From positions 1 through 64,000 of the forward strand of contig CAZWDO010000018.1 in NCBI GenBank assembly GCA_964632485.1: DNA of 64,000 bases, read 5' to 3'. How positions within the stretch are numbered: position 1 is the stretch's first letter; the number at the start of each line of letters is the position of its first letter. The notes under the pieces were generated by a model. That model saw nothing but the letters and a program-made list of their open reading frames with translations. It was not told the origin of the DNA and searched no databases. This document shows, piece by piece, positions 39,542 to 48,552 of this stretch. The stretch comes from an uncultured bacterium. Lineage in GTDB: Bacteria > JAGOEH01. The translations under genes were made by a program, and so were the position numbers.

Positions 39542-40684
39542 TTATCGCAGAAAATTAACCAGAGTGGATTCAAAAATAGCCCGACTGGCATAACTGGCTG
39601 CCTGGTAAACATTTTGCAATTGTTGAAGATCCAATGCAGCTTTCGCGACATCAATATCTTCAATTGAAGAGCGAAGGGATTCAACACTGGTTTTATTATT
39701 AACCAGCCGATCCGCCGTCATATTCAGCCGCAAAATTTTCGACCCGGCCAGCGCATTATTATCCATGATTTGGCGAATGCCGCTCTGAGTTTCTTTAACC
39801 ATTAGATTCACACCTTCCTGGTCGTTTGCGCTGAGTCGGTTCCTCAAATCGATCAGACTTTGAAAAAGATCCACCTGATCGTTAAACACTTCCCGACCCG
39901 TTAAATTCATCGCGACAGTAATTCCTTCATCAATCTCCTGGTAATATCGGTCATCAATCCCCTTGCTGTTTTCATCGACGCCGACAATCTGCTCCACATC
40001 AAAATTAACCTTATACGTACTGAAGGAAACAGAATAGCGTGTACCGGCAGTTGCGGACCCATCGGAAAGAAACTGGATTTGTCCTTTTTCGTAATTGACA
40101 ATATAGTCCTTACCGATTTGCAATTCCGATCCGTCGACGCGATGAATTGAAAATTCTCCAGTTTTACGCAAATCATCATGTGATAATTGAACCGGTTGCT
40201 GCAAATCCGCCGGGACAATCGATTCATCGCTTATATTGGTATAGGCGCGATAAGGCAATTCGGTAGTCCAGGTTCCCCCGAACAAATATTTATCCTGGTA
40301 CTTTTTTCGAGAAAGGTCCAGCATTTCCTGTAATAATTGATCGACCTGAAAGGATAATGATTCCCGTTCTTCATGATCAAGCGCTGAATCGGCGCCTTTT
40401 AAGCTAATTTCGTAGCTTTTCTTCACCACGGTCAATGTATCGTTAAGGGTCGCCTGAGTAAACTCCAGCAAAGCTTTCCCCTCATCAATATTTTTTTGAA
40501 ACTGTTCAATATAACCGACACGGCCTTTTAAATCCAGCAACCGTGAAGTTTGCACCGGATTGTCGGAGGGTCGGTTAATTATTTTCCCTGAGGCGACTCG
40601 TTCCTGTAAAATCGCTAATTTTTCCATATTTCCATTTAAATTCGTTAAATAAATATTATTGAGATAATTATTGGTAATACGCAT
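39542..40684 (-). CDS. flgL: Hook-associated protein 3 FlgL with inserted domain
   Basis: MRITN, SGKIINRPSDNP, YLFGG, SSIEDIDVAKA...YQAA. Confidence 0.93.
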   Translation of the reverse strand: MRITNNYLNNIYLTNLNGNMEKLAILQERVASGKIINRPSDNPVQTSRLLDLKGRVGYIEQFQKNIDEGKALLEFTQATLNDTLTVVKKSYEISLKGADSALDHEERESLSFQVDQLLQEMLDLSRKKYQDKYLFGGTWTTELPYRAYTNISDESIVPADLQQPVQLSHDDLRKTGEFSIHRVDGSELQIGKDYIVNYEKGQIQFLSDGSATAGTRYSVSFSTYKVNFDVEQIVGVDENSKGIDDRYYQEIDEGITVAMNLTGREVFNDQVDLFQSLIDLRNRLSANDQEGVNLMVKETQSGIRQIMDNNALAGSKILRLNMTADRLVNNKTSVESLRSSIEDIDVAKAALDLQQLQNVYQAASYASRAIFESTLVNFLR

Positions 40685-40701
40685 GGCTTATTCCTTCCGC
40701 T

Positions 40702-42102
40702 TTAACCACCCATACGGTTGATGATAGTATCCAGGAGTTTATCAACAGTAGTCACAACTCGCGCCGCTGCCTGATAGGCGCTTTGAAGTCGGATTAAATT
40801 CGTGAGTTCGGCATCCAGTTGAACACCACTTGCGCTTTCCTTAAAGTTTTTGACCTGCTCGGTCAATATATCCTGATTTTTTTTATTTTTTGTTGCTTGA
40901 TCGGCCTTCAATCCGACATTATTGATAATTGTCTCATAATAACGGCTAAATGTCATTGTCCCGTTTTCCATCACTTTTTGATCTTTTAACTGACTGATGG
41001 CAAGCGCGATCTGATTATCTCCCGGAGCGCCAGTCGCTGAGGCGGCGACAAGTTCCGGGGTTTTTTCCAATTGCATATTTACCTGAATATCTCTGGCGCC
41101 ACTAATTACAGTATTAAAAAAAGGAATATCCGAATAGAGTTGATTTTCACTACCATATCCTTTGCGGTGGAGCGTATTGACTTCCTGGACAAAAGCAATG
41201 GCCATGGCATCCAGTTTTTTCATCTGCTCGACAATATAATCGTCCCGAATATCCATCAATCCTTTCAATTCACCACCCTCTATCCGGGCGGTTTTATTCA
41301 TAAAATCAGGAAATACGACTCCTAATCGGTCATAGTCAAAAGTGCTCAATTTTTTATTCAATTCAATTTTATAAATCTGGTCGCTTTCAACTACCGACAT
41401 CCCTCCCAGAGTGACCTTGACCATTCCCCCCTTCATTTCGGTCGCTTTAACGTCGCCGATCTGCGCCATTTCAGCAACGAGCTTATCCCGCTGGTCACGC
41501 AAATCATTGGCATGCAAATTCTGACTGTATTCGACATTAGCGACTCCAATATTCAATTTGCGCACTTCTTCCGCCAACTCATTGAAACGCTCTACGCGAT
41601 CAACCACCTGCTCTTCAATTCGATAGCGTAAATTGTTCAATTGACTGTCCAAACGATGAAAATTGTCCGTCATGTTTTTTGTTTTTTCTATCACACTGAT
41701 TTTCAATGATTTCAATTCAGGGTGATTGGCCAAATCGCTCCATACATTGAAAAACTCATTCATATTTTTGCTCATGCCGAAATCACTCGGTTCATTCATA
41801 ATTGCTTCCAGCTCCTGAAGCAGAGTATCCTTGCGATCCCATTCGCCGCTCTGCCCCAATTCATAGATATAGTGGTCATAGAGCAGTTTGTCGGTTTGGC
41901 GCTTAATTTCTTTAATATCCACCCCGCTACCCACTTGACCGAAAATTTTATTTTCAGGTAGGGTACTCTTCAGAACCACTTGTTGCCGCGAATAGCCTTC
42001 CGTATCGGAATTGGCAATATTATGACTGGTAGTACTGATTCCAGCCTGATGAGCGTTCAAAGCTCGTTTACTGGTCTCCAAATTTCCAAACAAACCGCTC
42101 AT
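40702..42102 (-). CDS. flgK: Hook-associated protein 1 FlgK
   Basis: TSHNIANSDTEGYSRQ, GSGV, NDLRDQRD, SGVQLDAEL.NLI..Q.AYQAAARV. Confidence 0.95.
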   Translation of the reverse strand: MSGLFGNLETSKRALNAHQAGISTTSHNIANSDTEGYSRQQVVLKSTLPENKIFGQVGSGVDIKEIKRQTDKLLYDHYIYELGQSGEWDRKDTLLQELEAIMNEPSDFGMSKNMNEFFNVWSDLANHPELKSLKISVIEKTKNMTDNFHRLDSQLNNLRYRIEEQVVDRVERFNELAEEVRKLNIGVANVEYSQNLHANDLRDQRDKLVAEMAQIGDVKATEMKGGMVKVTLGGMSVVESDQIYKIELNKKLSTFDYDRLGVVFPDFMNKTARIEGGELKGLMDIRDDYIVEQMKKLDAMAIAFVQEVNTLHRKGYGSENQLYSDIPFFNTVISGARDIQVNMQLEKTPELVAASATGAPGDNQIALAISQLKDQKVMENGTMTFSRYYETIINNVGLKADQATKNKKNQDILTEQVKNFKESASGVQLDAELTNLIRLQSAYQAAARVVTTVDKLLDTIINRMGG

Positions 42103-42131
42103 GATTTACCTCGACATCCAGCAAAAAAGTT

Positions 42132-42626
42132 TCATACTTGTTCGTTAACCATTGAAATTTGCTGTTTTTCAATCAATTCGCCCCGTTGATGGTAGGTAGT
42201 TTTATTAGCGCTTACCGTCAGAATTTTTAATTCTTCATGAACCAATTGAGTGGCGCGCTTTAAAAGCAACCGGTTTCGGGCATTTATTTCGTCTACTTCA
42301 AAAGCCGCCATTTTGATTTGATTCCGCAACTGTTTAATCTTAAGTTTATTGATCTCGGGAACCAATTCTATTAACTGATCAAGCGTTATGTCCGGAGAGG
42401 GAATCAATGTAGCCTCTACCATTTTTTTTAATAACTGGACACGGTATTGTTCAGTCTGGAAATTTTTAAATAGAATCTCCTTTTCTTCTTCCAGAGCATC
42501 TTTTAGCAATACTGGTTGATTGATAATCAAAAAGTTTTGCTGCCGCAACAAATTCGTACGTAAACGCTCCAGATAGCCCAATTCGATTTCCAGAGTATTG
42601 AAAAGATCCTTCCAATGGCTTTCCAT
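42132..42626 (-). CDS. flgN: Flagellar export chaperone FlgN
   Basis: Helical protein with INARNRLLL...TTY..RG motif, immediately upstream of flgK. Confidence 0.8.
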   Translation of the reverse strand: MESHWKDLFNTLEIELGYLERLRTNLLRQQNFLIINQPVLLKDALEEEKEILFKNFQTEQYRVQLLKKMVEATLIPSPDITLDQLIELVPEINKLKIKQLRNQIKMAAFEVDEINARNRLLLKRATQLVHEELKILTVSANKTTYHQRGELIEKQQISMVNEQV

Positions 42627-42646
42627 AGGTAATCTCCTTTTCTTTA

Positions 42647-43486
42647 TTAATCGACCGATTGGTCAAACGCTAAACCCTGATCCATGCGGGAAAGCGTCAG
42701 TTTTTTTTGATAGGATTGAACTTTTTCTACATAACGTACCGTTTCCTGAAAGGGAGGAACTCCTCCATATTCTTTCACACGCGTAGGCCCGGCATTGTAT
42801 GCCGCCAGCGCCAAATCCAGCTTATGATCAAATTGATCCAGGAGTTTCGCTAAATACTCACTTCCCTTCAGAATATTTTCATGGGGATTAAAGGGGTTTT
42901 CAAGAGAAAGCCATTTTGCCGTATCCGGCATAATCTGCATAAGACCCTGGGCGCCGGAAGGAGAAACCGCATTAGGGTTACCCCCCGATTCGGTCATAAT
43001 GACCGCTTGAATGAGTTGGGGTGGAAGATTAAATTTTTTTGCCGCATCCTGAACACTCTCTTTAAAGGGTTTTAAACGAGAATGAAGGATTTGGTCCTCA
43101 ATTGACGATTGCTGCTGTTGATACTGTTCAAGTTTTTTAAGGCGCATTTTTCGAGTAATTTGGGTAATGGGGGTTGAAGATTCACCTTCGGTATCGGGAA
43201 GCTGATACCGGCGGGCCATTTCAGTTTCCAACTGCTCTGCCAGTCCAAGCTGACGGGCTTCGGCCATTTTATTCCCATATTGTTCAAACAACATATCGCG
43301 AAACATAGCCTCCCCGGCTCCCCCACTAAATAAGGAATTGCGTTCGACTCCCTGATCCATTTTTTTTAATATCATATTTAAGAAAAGTGATTCAAACTCC
43401 CGGCAGGCGTGCCGGAGGGAGGCGCGATGGGAATCAGCAGCGCCGGATGCGGCTGAAGAGCCGGGAAGCGATTGAATTTGTAACAT
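42647..43486 (-). CDS. flgJ: FlgJ rod-binding domain fused to SLT lytic transglycosylase
   Basis: LRHACREFESLFLNMILKKM...FRDMLFEQY...LGLAEQL; VIMTESGGNPNAVSPSGAQGLMQIMP...ALAAYNAG...ETVRYV. Confidence 0.85.
   Translation of the reverse strand: MLQIQSLPGSSAASGAADSHRASLRHACREFESLFLNMILKKMDQGVERNSLFSGGAGEAMFRDMLFEQYGNKMAEARQLGLAEQLETEMARRYQLPDTEGESSTPITQITRKMRLKKLEQYQQQQSSIEDQILHSRLKPFKESVQDAAKKFNLPPQLIQAVIMTESGGNPNAVSPSGAQGLMQIMPDTAKWLSLENPFNPHENILKGSEYLAKLLDQFDHKLDLALAAYNAGPTRVKEYGGVPPFQETVRYVEKVQSYQKKLTLSRMDQGLAFDQSVD
42648..42674 (-). promoter_or_regulatory. Possible internal sigma28 promoter for flgN-K-L-fliW (TTTA-N15-GTCGATTA)
   Basis: GTCGAT -10 as for fliC, 15-nt spacer, 22 nt upstream of flgN. 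Confidence 0.45.
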
Positions 43487-43487
43487 G

Positions 43488-44546
43488 TCAAAGTACCTCA
43501 ATATCGGCGAATAAAGCGCCGGCTTGTTTCAAGGCCTGGAAAATTGCTACCATATCACGGGGGGAAGCTCCGATGGCATTCAATGCCTTGGCCAATTCTT
43601 CCACATTCACTTTTTCATCCAACACGATAGAGCGAGCAGCGCCGCTTGATCCCTGTCCTTCCCCATCGCCGATCTGCAAAGAAATACTGTTATGCGCCAA
43701 AGAAACTTTTGAGATACCAACATTTTGGCCAGCAACAATAGTGCCCGTCCGCTCATTAATCACAATTCGCGCACGATCGTCCGGAATTACCGTTAAATTT
43801 TCAATCTCAGAAATCATTTTAACAATGCCCTGAGTGCTGTTATATTCCGCGGGAATCGAAACAACAACCAAACCGGCATCCTGAGGAATGCTGATTGAAT
43901 TTCCGAATTTTTCATCAATGGCTTGCGCCAGGCGGATAATTGTCGTAAAATCGGGATTATTCAGGGATATACTCAGGTGGTTTTCATTCAGCGCGCCCTG
44001 ACTGAGACTATACTCCAATTCCTGTTCCAGATTCGCGCCGTTGGGTATGGTTCCTACCATATCATAGTTCTGCCGATCGGAGCGGGCTGAGCCCATATTG
44101 AGCCCTCCGATTGAAAGAGGCCCCTGGGCAACGGCATAAATTACATTATCCGGTCCCCGTAACGGAGTCATAATCAGAATACCGCCTTCAAGACTGGTGG
44201 CATCACCCAAAGAAGAAACCTGTACATCCAACTTATTACCTTTTTTCATAAATGGACGCAATTTTCCGGTCACCATCACTGCGGCAACATTTTTCACCCG
44301 AGCTTTATCCGCATCAACCGCAACTCCCATCTGCTGGAGCATTTTAGTAATTGACTGAACGGTAAAAACAGTACGTTGCTTGTCGCCGGTGCCATTCAAG
44401 CCAACAACCAAGCCATATCCAACCAGTTGCATCTCCTCTATTCCATGTATAGCGGCAATGTCCTTAACTCTGACTTCCGCCCGGGAAAGTAGCGAACATA
44501 AAGAATTTAACACAATAAAACCAATTATGAATTTTCTCATCCTCAC
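43488..44546 (-). CDS. flgI: Flagellar P-ring protein
   Basis: RVKDIA...QLVGYGLVVGLNGTGD, KNVAAVMVT, INERTGTIVAG, QALKQAGAL. Confidence 0.96.
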   Translation of the reverse strand: MRMRKFIIGFIVLNSLCSLLSRAEVRVKDIAAIHGIEEMQLVGYGLVVGLNGTGDKQRTVFTVQSITKMLQQMGVAVDADKARVKNVAAVMVTGKLRPFMKKGNKLDVQVSSLGDATSLEGGILIMTPLRGPDNVIYAVAQGPLSIGGLNMGSARSDRQNYDMVGTIPNGANLEQELEYSLSQGALNENHLSISLNNPDFTTIIRLAQAIDEKFGNSISIPQDAGLVVVSIPAEYNSTQGIVKMISEIENLTVIPDDRARIVINERTGTIVAGQNVGISKVSLAHNSISLQIGDGEGQGSSGAARSIVLDEKVNVEELAKALNAIGASPRDMVAIFQALKQAGALFADIEVL

Positions 44547-44557
44547 ACCATCCTAAC

Positions 44558-45140
44558 TTAAAATAACCAGTTGAATAAACATGTAATCAAACCGGCNNNN
44601 NNNNNNTTTTGCTCCATCGTACATGGCGCCTTGCCCTTTATAACTGATCTCAACGTTGGCAAGTTTCGTTGAGGAAACGGTATTATTGGCGCCAATATCG
44701 TCGGGTCGCACTTCGCCGGAGATATTAATCAACTCTTCTTCACCATTGATCATTAATTTTTTAGTGCCTTCAATCTGAAAATTTCCATTTTCCATCACTT
44801 TCAGGATTTTTGCGGTAATTGTGGTCTGGATACTGCCACTTTTAGCGGTAGTACCGCTCCCTTTATAGCTATTGTCCCATTTAGTTCCTGCGCCAAATTC
44901 ACCCACAGCTCCGCTCCAGCCGCCGATTCCGGGGCCCACCGAAAAATTTGTCCCTTGTTGGGTTGAGGAATTATTGGCCGTGGAATTTTGCGCATTGGCC
45001 TGCTCGGAAACGACGATTGTCACCAAATCGTTCACTTGGCGGGCTTTATTGTCCGAAAACATATAATAAAGCGGACGGTTTCCCTGCGCATTTAAAACAA
45101 GAACAAAACTTACGATATTTAAAAAAATAAACCGTTTCAT
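44558..45140 (-). CDS. flgH: Flagellar L-ring protein (spans assembly gap)
   Basis: FSDNKARQVNDLVTIVVSE, NGNFQIEG, ISGEVRPDDI..NNTVSS.KLAN; after the N gap the frame AGLITCLFNWLF-stop (44558) fits the FlgH C-terminus. Confidence 0.9.
44597..44606. other. Assembly gap (10 N)
   Basis: Run of N in the sequence. Confidence 1.
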
Positions 45141-46075
45141 TCAACAACTCCCTTCGCATAATCATTTAGGATTACCGAGATAATTTTGTGGCTTTGAGGA
45201 TTTCTCACATTGATGCGATCTCCCCGGCGCCCTTTTTGCAAAGCTTCACATTGCAGCATCATTTTAACATTGCCTTGCTGGTATTTTACAGCGACCATTT
45301 GGCCTTTATCAACCAATATTGGAAAATCAAAAAAACTCTCAAACAGCATATCTCCCGGCTTCAATGTCCGACGAGCGCGAGCATCCCTTAATTTTCCAGG
45401 ATCCTTCAAAGGCGTTCGATGGGAATTAAGAATAAAAAATTTTCCCATTGCCAGCGCGGAATCTGCAACGGCTTCCCTGGCCGCAATTAACCGATTAACG
45501 GTCAGATAATAATCATAGGCCCTAACCCGGACACGATACTCATAGTGTGAGTATTCGCTGCCGTTGATCCAGGCAGTGAGTATGACCCGGTTAAAATTAT
45601 TCAATTTAATTTTACCGATACAATGCACAATCATGGAATCCGGGGAATCGGGTAAATAAAAAGATTCCGGGACATTACGGAAATTGAGGACAATCAATGA
45701 ATCTGCATAGGTTAATGATTGCCCAAGATAATTTCGTAATAGCTCTTCCTGTTTTCTCCCATCGACTAAGAAATCGTGTTGTTGCAAATATACCGTATCC
45801 ACTCCCAGAATTTTATAGGAGAGCTCAGGAAAAGAATTTGACAGCCAGGACGTTAAGTCTTCTTTTAACAGAAATCCGTTGGAACGCGCTATTTTTAACA
45901 GATCAAATTGCAGGAGATCATCAGAAAGGGGTGTTCCAGATAGCCAGGCGATCTGAGAAAAATTCAAGTCATGATGATAAACACTACTCGATTTGAGATA
46001 AATCAAGCTTCCTTTCGCCGCCAAAGAAACATAAAGCAAAAAGATGACGCTTAGGAGGCGGATCATGTTAAACAC
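45137..46075 (-). CDS. flgA: P-ring formation chaperone FlgA
   Basis: SAF-like segment, LVDKGQMVAV...EALQKGRRGDRINVRNPQSHKII; between flgG and flgH. Confidence 0.88.
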   Translation of the reverse strand: MFNMIRLLSVIFLLYVSLAAKGSLIYLKSSSVYHHDLNFSQIAWLSGTPLSDDLLQFDLLKIARSNGFLLKEDLTSWLSNSFPELSYKILGVDTVYLQQHDFLVDGRKQEELLRNYLGQSLTYADSLIVLNFRNVPESFYLPDSPDSMIVHCIGKIKLNNFNRVILTAWINGSEYSHYEYRVRVRAYDYYLTVNRLIAAREAVADSALAMGKFFILNSHRTPLKDPGKLRDARARRTLKPGDMLFESFFDFPILVDKGQMVAVKYQQGNVKMMLQCEALQKGRRGDRINVRNPQSHKIISVILNDYAKGVVE

Positions 46076-46079
46076 CGGG

Positions 46080-46868
46080 TTATCTCCTCAGATTATTAGC
46101 GATCGACATCATGTCATCGGATACCGAAATCGCTTTGGAATTGATTTCATAGGCGCGTTGAGCGGTAATCATATTGACCATTTCTTCCACAATCTGAACA
46201 TTCGATTTTTCCAGATATTTTTGCAAAGCTTCAGCGAATCCGTCCTGATTGGGCACTCCTAAAATTGGATCACCTGAAGCCATTGTGGAAACATATAGAT
46301 TTCTACCAATATTTTTCAATCCAGCGGAATTGATAAAGCGGGCAAGTTCGATCTGCCCCAATTCGGTAGGTTCCACCGCATCGGGAGTGATAATCGAGAC
46401 AGTTCCATCAGCTCCGATTACAATATCCGTGGCGTTTTCAGGAACCGCCATTTCAGGCTGTATGGTGTAACCATCCTTGGTAACAATCGTACCATCAGCG
46501 TTGAGTTCAAACGCGCCATCGCGGGTATAATAGACAGAGCCATCAGGCGCTAATACCTGAAAGAATCCATCTCCGTTCAAGGCCACATCCAGCGAACGAT
46601 TAGTAGGAAATACATCCCCCTGGGTAAATAGCTTCGGAGTGGCGGCTATTCTTACACCGTTACCCACCTGCAATTCAGAGGGAACTTCAGCGCCCTGGAC
46701 AAACGTAGTACCGGCTGCGCGCACGGTTTGATACAACAAGTCCTGGAATTCAACCTGATTTTTTTTAAATCCAGTCGTATTCACATTCGCCAAATTATTC
46801 GCAATTGTATCGACATTGAACTGTTGGGCGATCATGCCGGTTGCGGCAGAACGCATCGCTCGTATCAT
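46080..46868 (-). CDS. flgG: Distal rod protein FlgG
   Basis: IANNLANVNTTGFK, FQDLLYQT, YTRDGAF, SNV..VEEMVNMITAQRAYEINSK. Confidence 0.97.
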   Translation of the reverse strand: MIRAMRSAATGMIAQQFNVDTIANNLANVNTTGFKKNQVEFQDLLYQTVRAAGTTFVQGAEVPSELQVGNGVRIAATPKLFTQGDVFPTNRSLDVALNGDGFFQVLAPDGSVYYTRDGAFELNADGTIVTKDGYTIQPEMAVPENATDIVIGADGTVSIITPDAVEPTELGQIELARFINSAGLKNIGRNLYVSTMASGDPILGVPNQDGFAEALQKYLEKSNVQIVEEMVNMITAQRAYEINSKAISVSDDMMSIANNLRR

Positions 46869-46883
46869 TTCAAACTCCTTTCA

Positions 46884-47612
46884 TTATTCCAATCGACCCA
46901 CTTGATTGATTAGGGTATTCAGGGTCTCATCCTGGGCGGTAATCAGTTTTTGTCCGCTTTCAAAATGCCGGAATGTTTCCAGCATATCGACCATCTCTTC
47001 AATCATATTTACATTTGAGTCTTCTAAAAACCCTTGTTTGACGCGCGCTTCGGACTCAGTTTCTAACGCCATAGGCTCCCGTTTCGCCAACAACCCTTCT
47101 CCGGTTTTTACCAGTTCATAAGGTTTTTCAAAATCTACTACACGAATTTGATCTACCATCTGATCATCCACAAAAACCTGTCCGTTTTCACCGATTGCCA
47201 CGGTCTCTCCCTGAATAGCAATAGGGCCATTGAGACCCAACACAGGTTGGTTTTGAGAGTTGACTAAAATTCCATCATGATTCAGCTTAAAATTTCCATT
47301 ACGGGTATAGCGTTCTCCAGCGAATGTTTGAACCACGAAGAACCCCTCGCCGTCTAAAGCCAGATCCATTGGATTCTCTGTTTGATGGTAGCTGCCCTGC
47401 CGATAATCCGCATGAGTCGCATCTGCCATGCTCCGCTGTTCCCAACGGGGCGTCCCGTTTTTTTTGTTCTCCAGGTTCTGCATCTCACGGATAAACAAAC
47501 CATCTTTCTTGTAACCCGATGTATTGATATTGGCTAAATTAGTAGCGCTAATCTCCTGTTTCATTCCCAGGACATTCAAACCATAGGCGCTTTGATATAT
47601 TCCTTTTAGCAT
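46884..47612 (-). CDS. flgF: Proximal rod protein FlgF
   Basis: NLANINTSGYK, TENPMDLALDGEGFF, YTRNGNF, QGFLEDSNVN; ATG 47612 with AGGAG RBS. Confidence 0.9.
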   Translation of the reverse strand: MLKGIYQSAYGLNVLGMKQEISATNLANINTSGYKKDGLFIREMQNLENKKNGTPRWEQRSMADATHADYRQGSYHQTENPMDLALDGEGFFVVQTFAGERYTRNGNFKLNHDGILVNSQNQPVLGLNGPIAIQGETVAIGENGQVFVDDQMVDQIRVVDFEKPYELVKTGEGLLAKREPMALETESEARVKQGFLEDSNVNMIEEMVDMLETFRHFESGQKLITAQDETLNTLINQVGRLE

Positions 47613-47646
47613 ATTAATCTCCTGATAACAATTCAACAAGACTTAT

Positions 47647-47662
47647 TGCAATATATATGCCA
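47647..47662 (-). promoter_or_regulatory. sigma54 promoter TGGCATATATATTGCA of the flgF operon
   Basis: Full TGGCAY-N5-TTGCA consensus 35 nt upstream of flgF. Confidence 0.85.
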
Positions 47663-47754
47663 CAGGTGAAAAGGTTTAAAAAGATTAAGAAAGGAAAGAG
47701 GGGGATTATAGAAGGCGGAAAAAAATGCCTAATTTTGAAGCAAATTAAGAGCGC

Positions 47755-48549
47755 TTACAGAGAAAATTTTGCCCGGCCAAATTGCATGAAAAAGCGTTTA
47801 ATTTTATTGGTAATAAAGGAGGTCTGATGACGATCCATCTCTTTAATCACATTTAAAATTTTCGGATCATACAATTTTTCCAGAATCACTAAAAGTTTAA
47901 ATTTTTGAGCCTGGGAAGAAATTTCCCAAATTTTACTTAAATAGGATAATCCTTCAAAATCAAAATATTTAGTCAAAAGAGTCAGAACAAATTCGCTGAC
48001 ATCGCTATCCGGGTCATTGCAAGCGCCCAGCAGATGAAGGAGATTCCGGGCGCTTTTACGCGGAAACAAAGATTTTGCAGCCGCCATCCGAACAAATTTA
48101 TTGTCAGAATCAGTCATCCGCTCAATCAAAGCCTTCGTCGGCAAATTACGGGTAATAATATCCACTTCAATATTGATATAACGGGATGCAGGAGGCCTTT
48201 TCCAATCATCCCTCTCACTACCGGTTGTTTTAGTTGCCTCAGGATGAGGCTGGAAGCCCCTGGATTCAACGGGATTTGCCCCCCCGGCCAATGGGGCCGC
48301 CGGATAAGAAGCAGTGTGATATGGGTCCGTCTGGTAACGCTCATGAACGATCACATCAGACCGTAAGGAAAGCTCTCTCAAAATCTGATAGGCTTCCTGA
48401 ATCTCTTTAAAGCGGACTATATGGTTGGTATTTTGAGCGCACACATCAGGATGATAGATATGGACATATTGCCGATAGGCCTTCTTAACCATATCAAAAG
48501 GGGAATTGGGAGGCAACCGCAAAACTTTATAACAAGTCTCGTAATTCAT
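47755..48549 (-). CDS. J-domain protein with C-terminal HEAT-like repeats
   Basis: CYKVL...VKKAYRQ..HIYHPD...FKEIQEAYQIL; SDNKFVRMAAAKSL...CNDPDSDV. Confidence 0.85.
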   Translation of the reverse strand: MNYETCYKVLRLPPNSPFDMVKKAYRQYVHIYHPDVCAQNTNHIVRFKEIQEAYQILRELSLRSDVIVHERYQTDPYHTASYPAAPLAGGANPVESRGFQPHPEATKTTGSERDDWKRPPASRYINIEVDIITRNLPTKALIERMTDSDNKFVRMAAAKSLFPRKSARNLLHLLGACNDPDSDVSEFVLTLLTKYFDFEGLSYLSKIWEISSQAQKFKLLVILEKLYDPKILNVIKEMDRHQTSFITNKIKRFFMQFGRAKFSL

Positions 48550-48552
48550 GGG

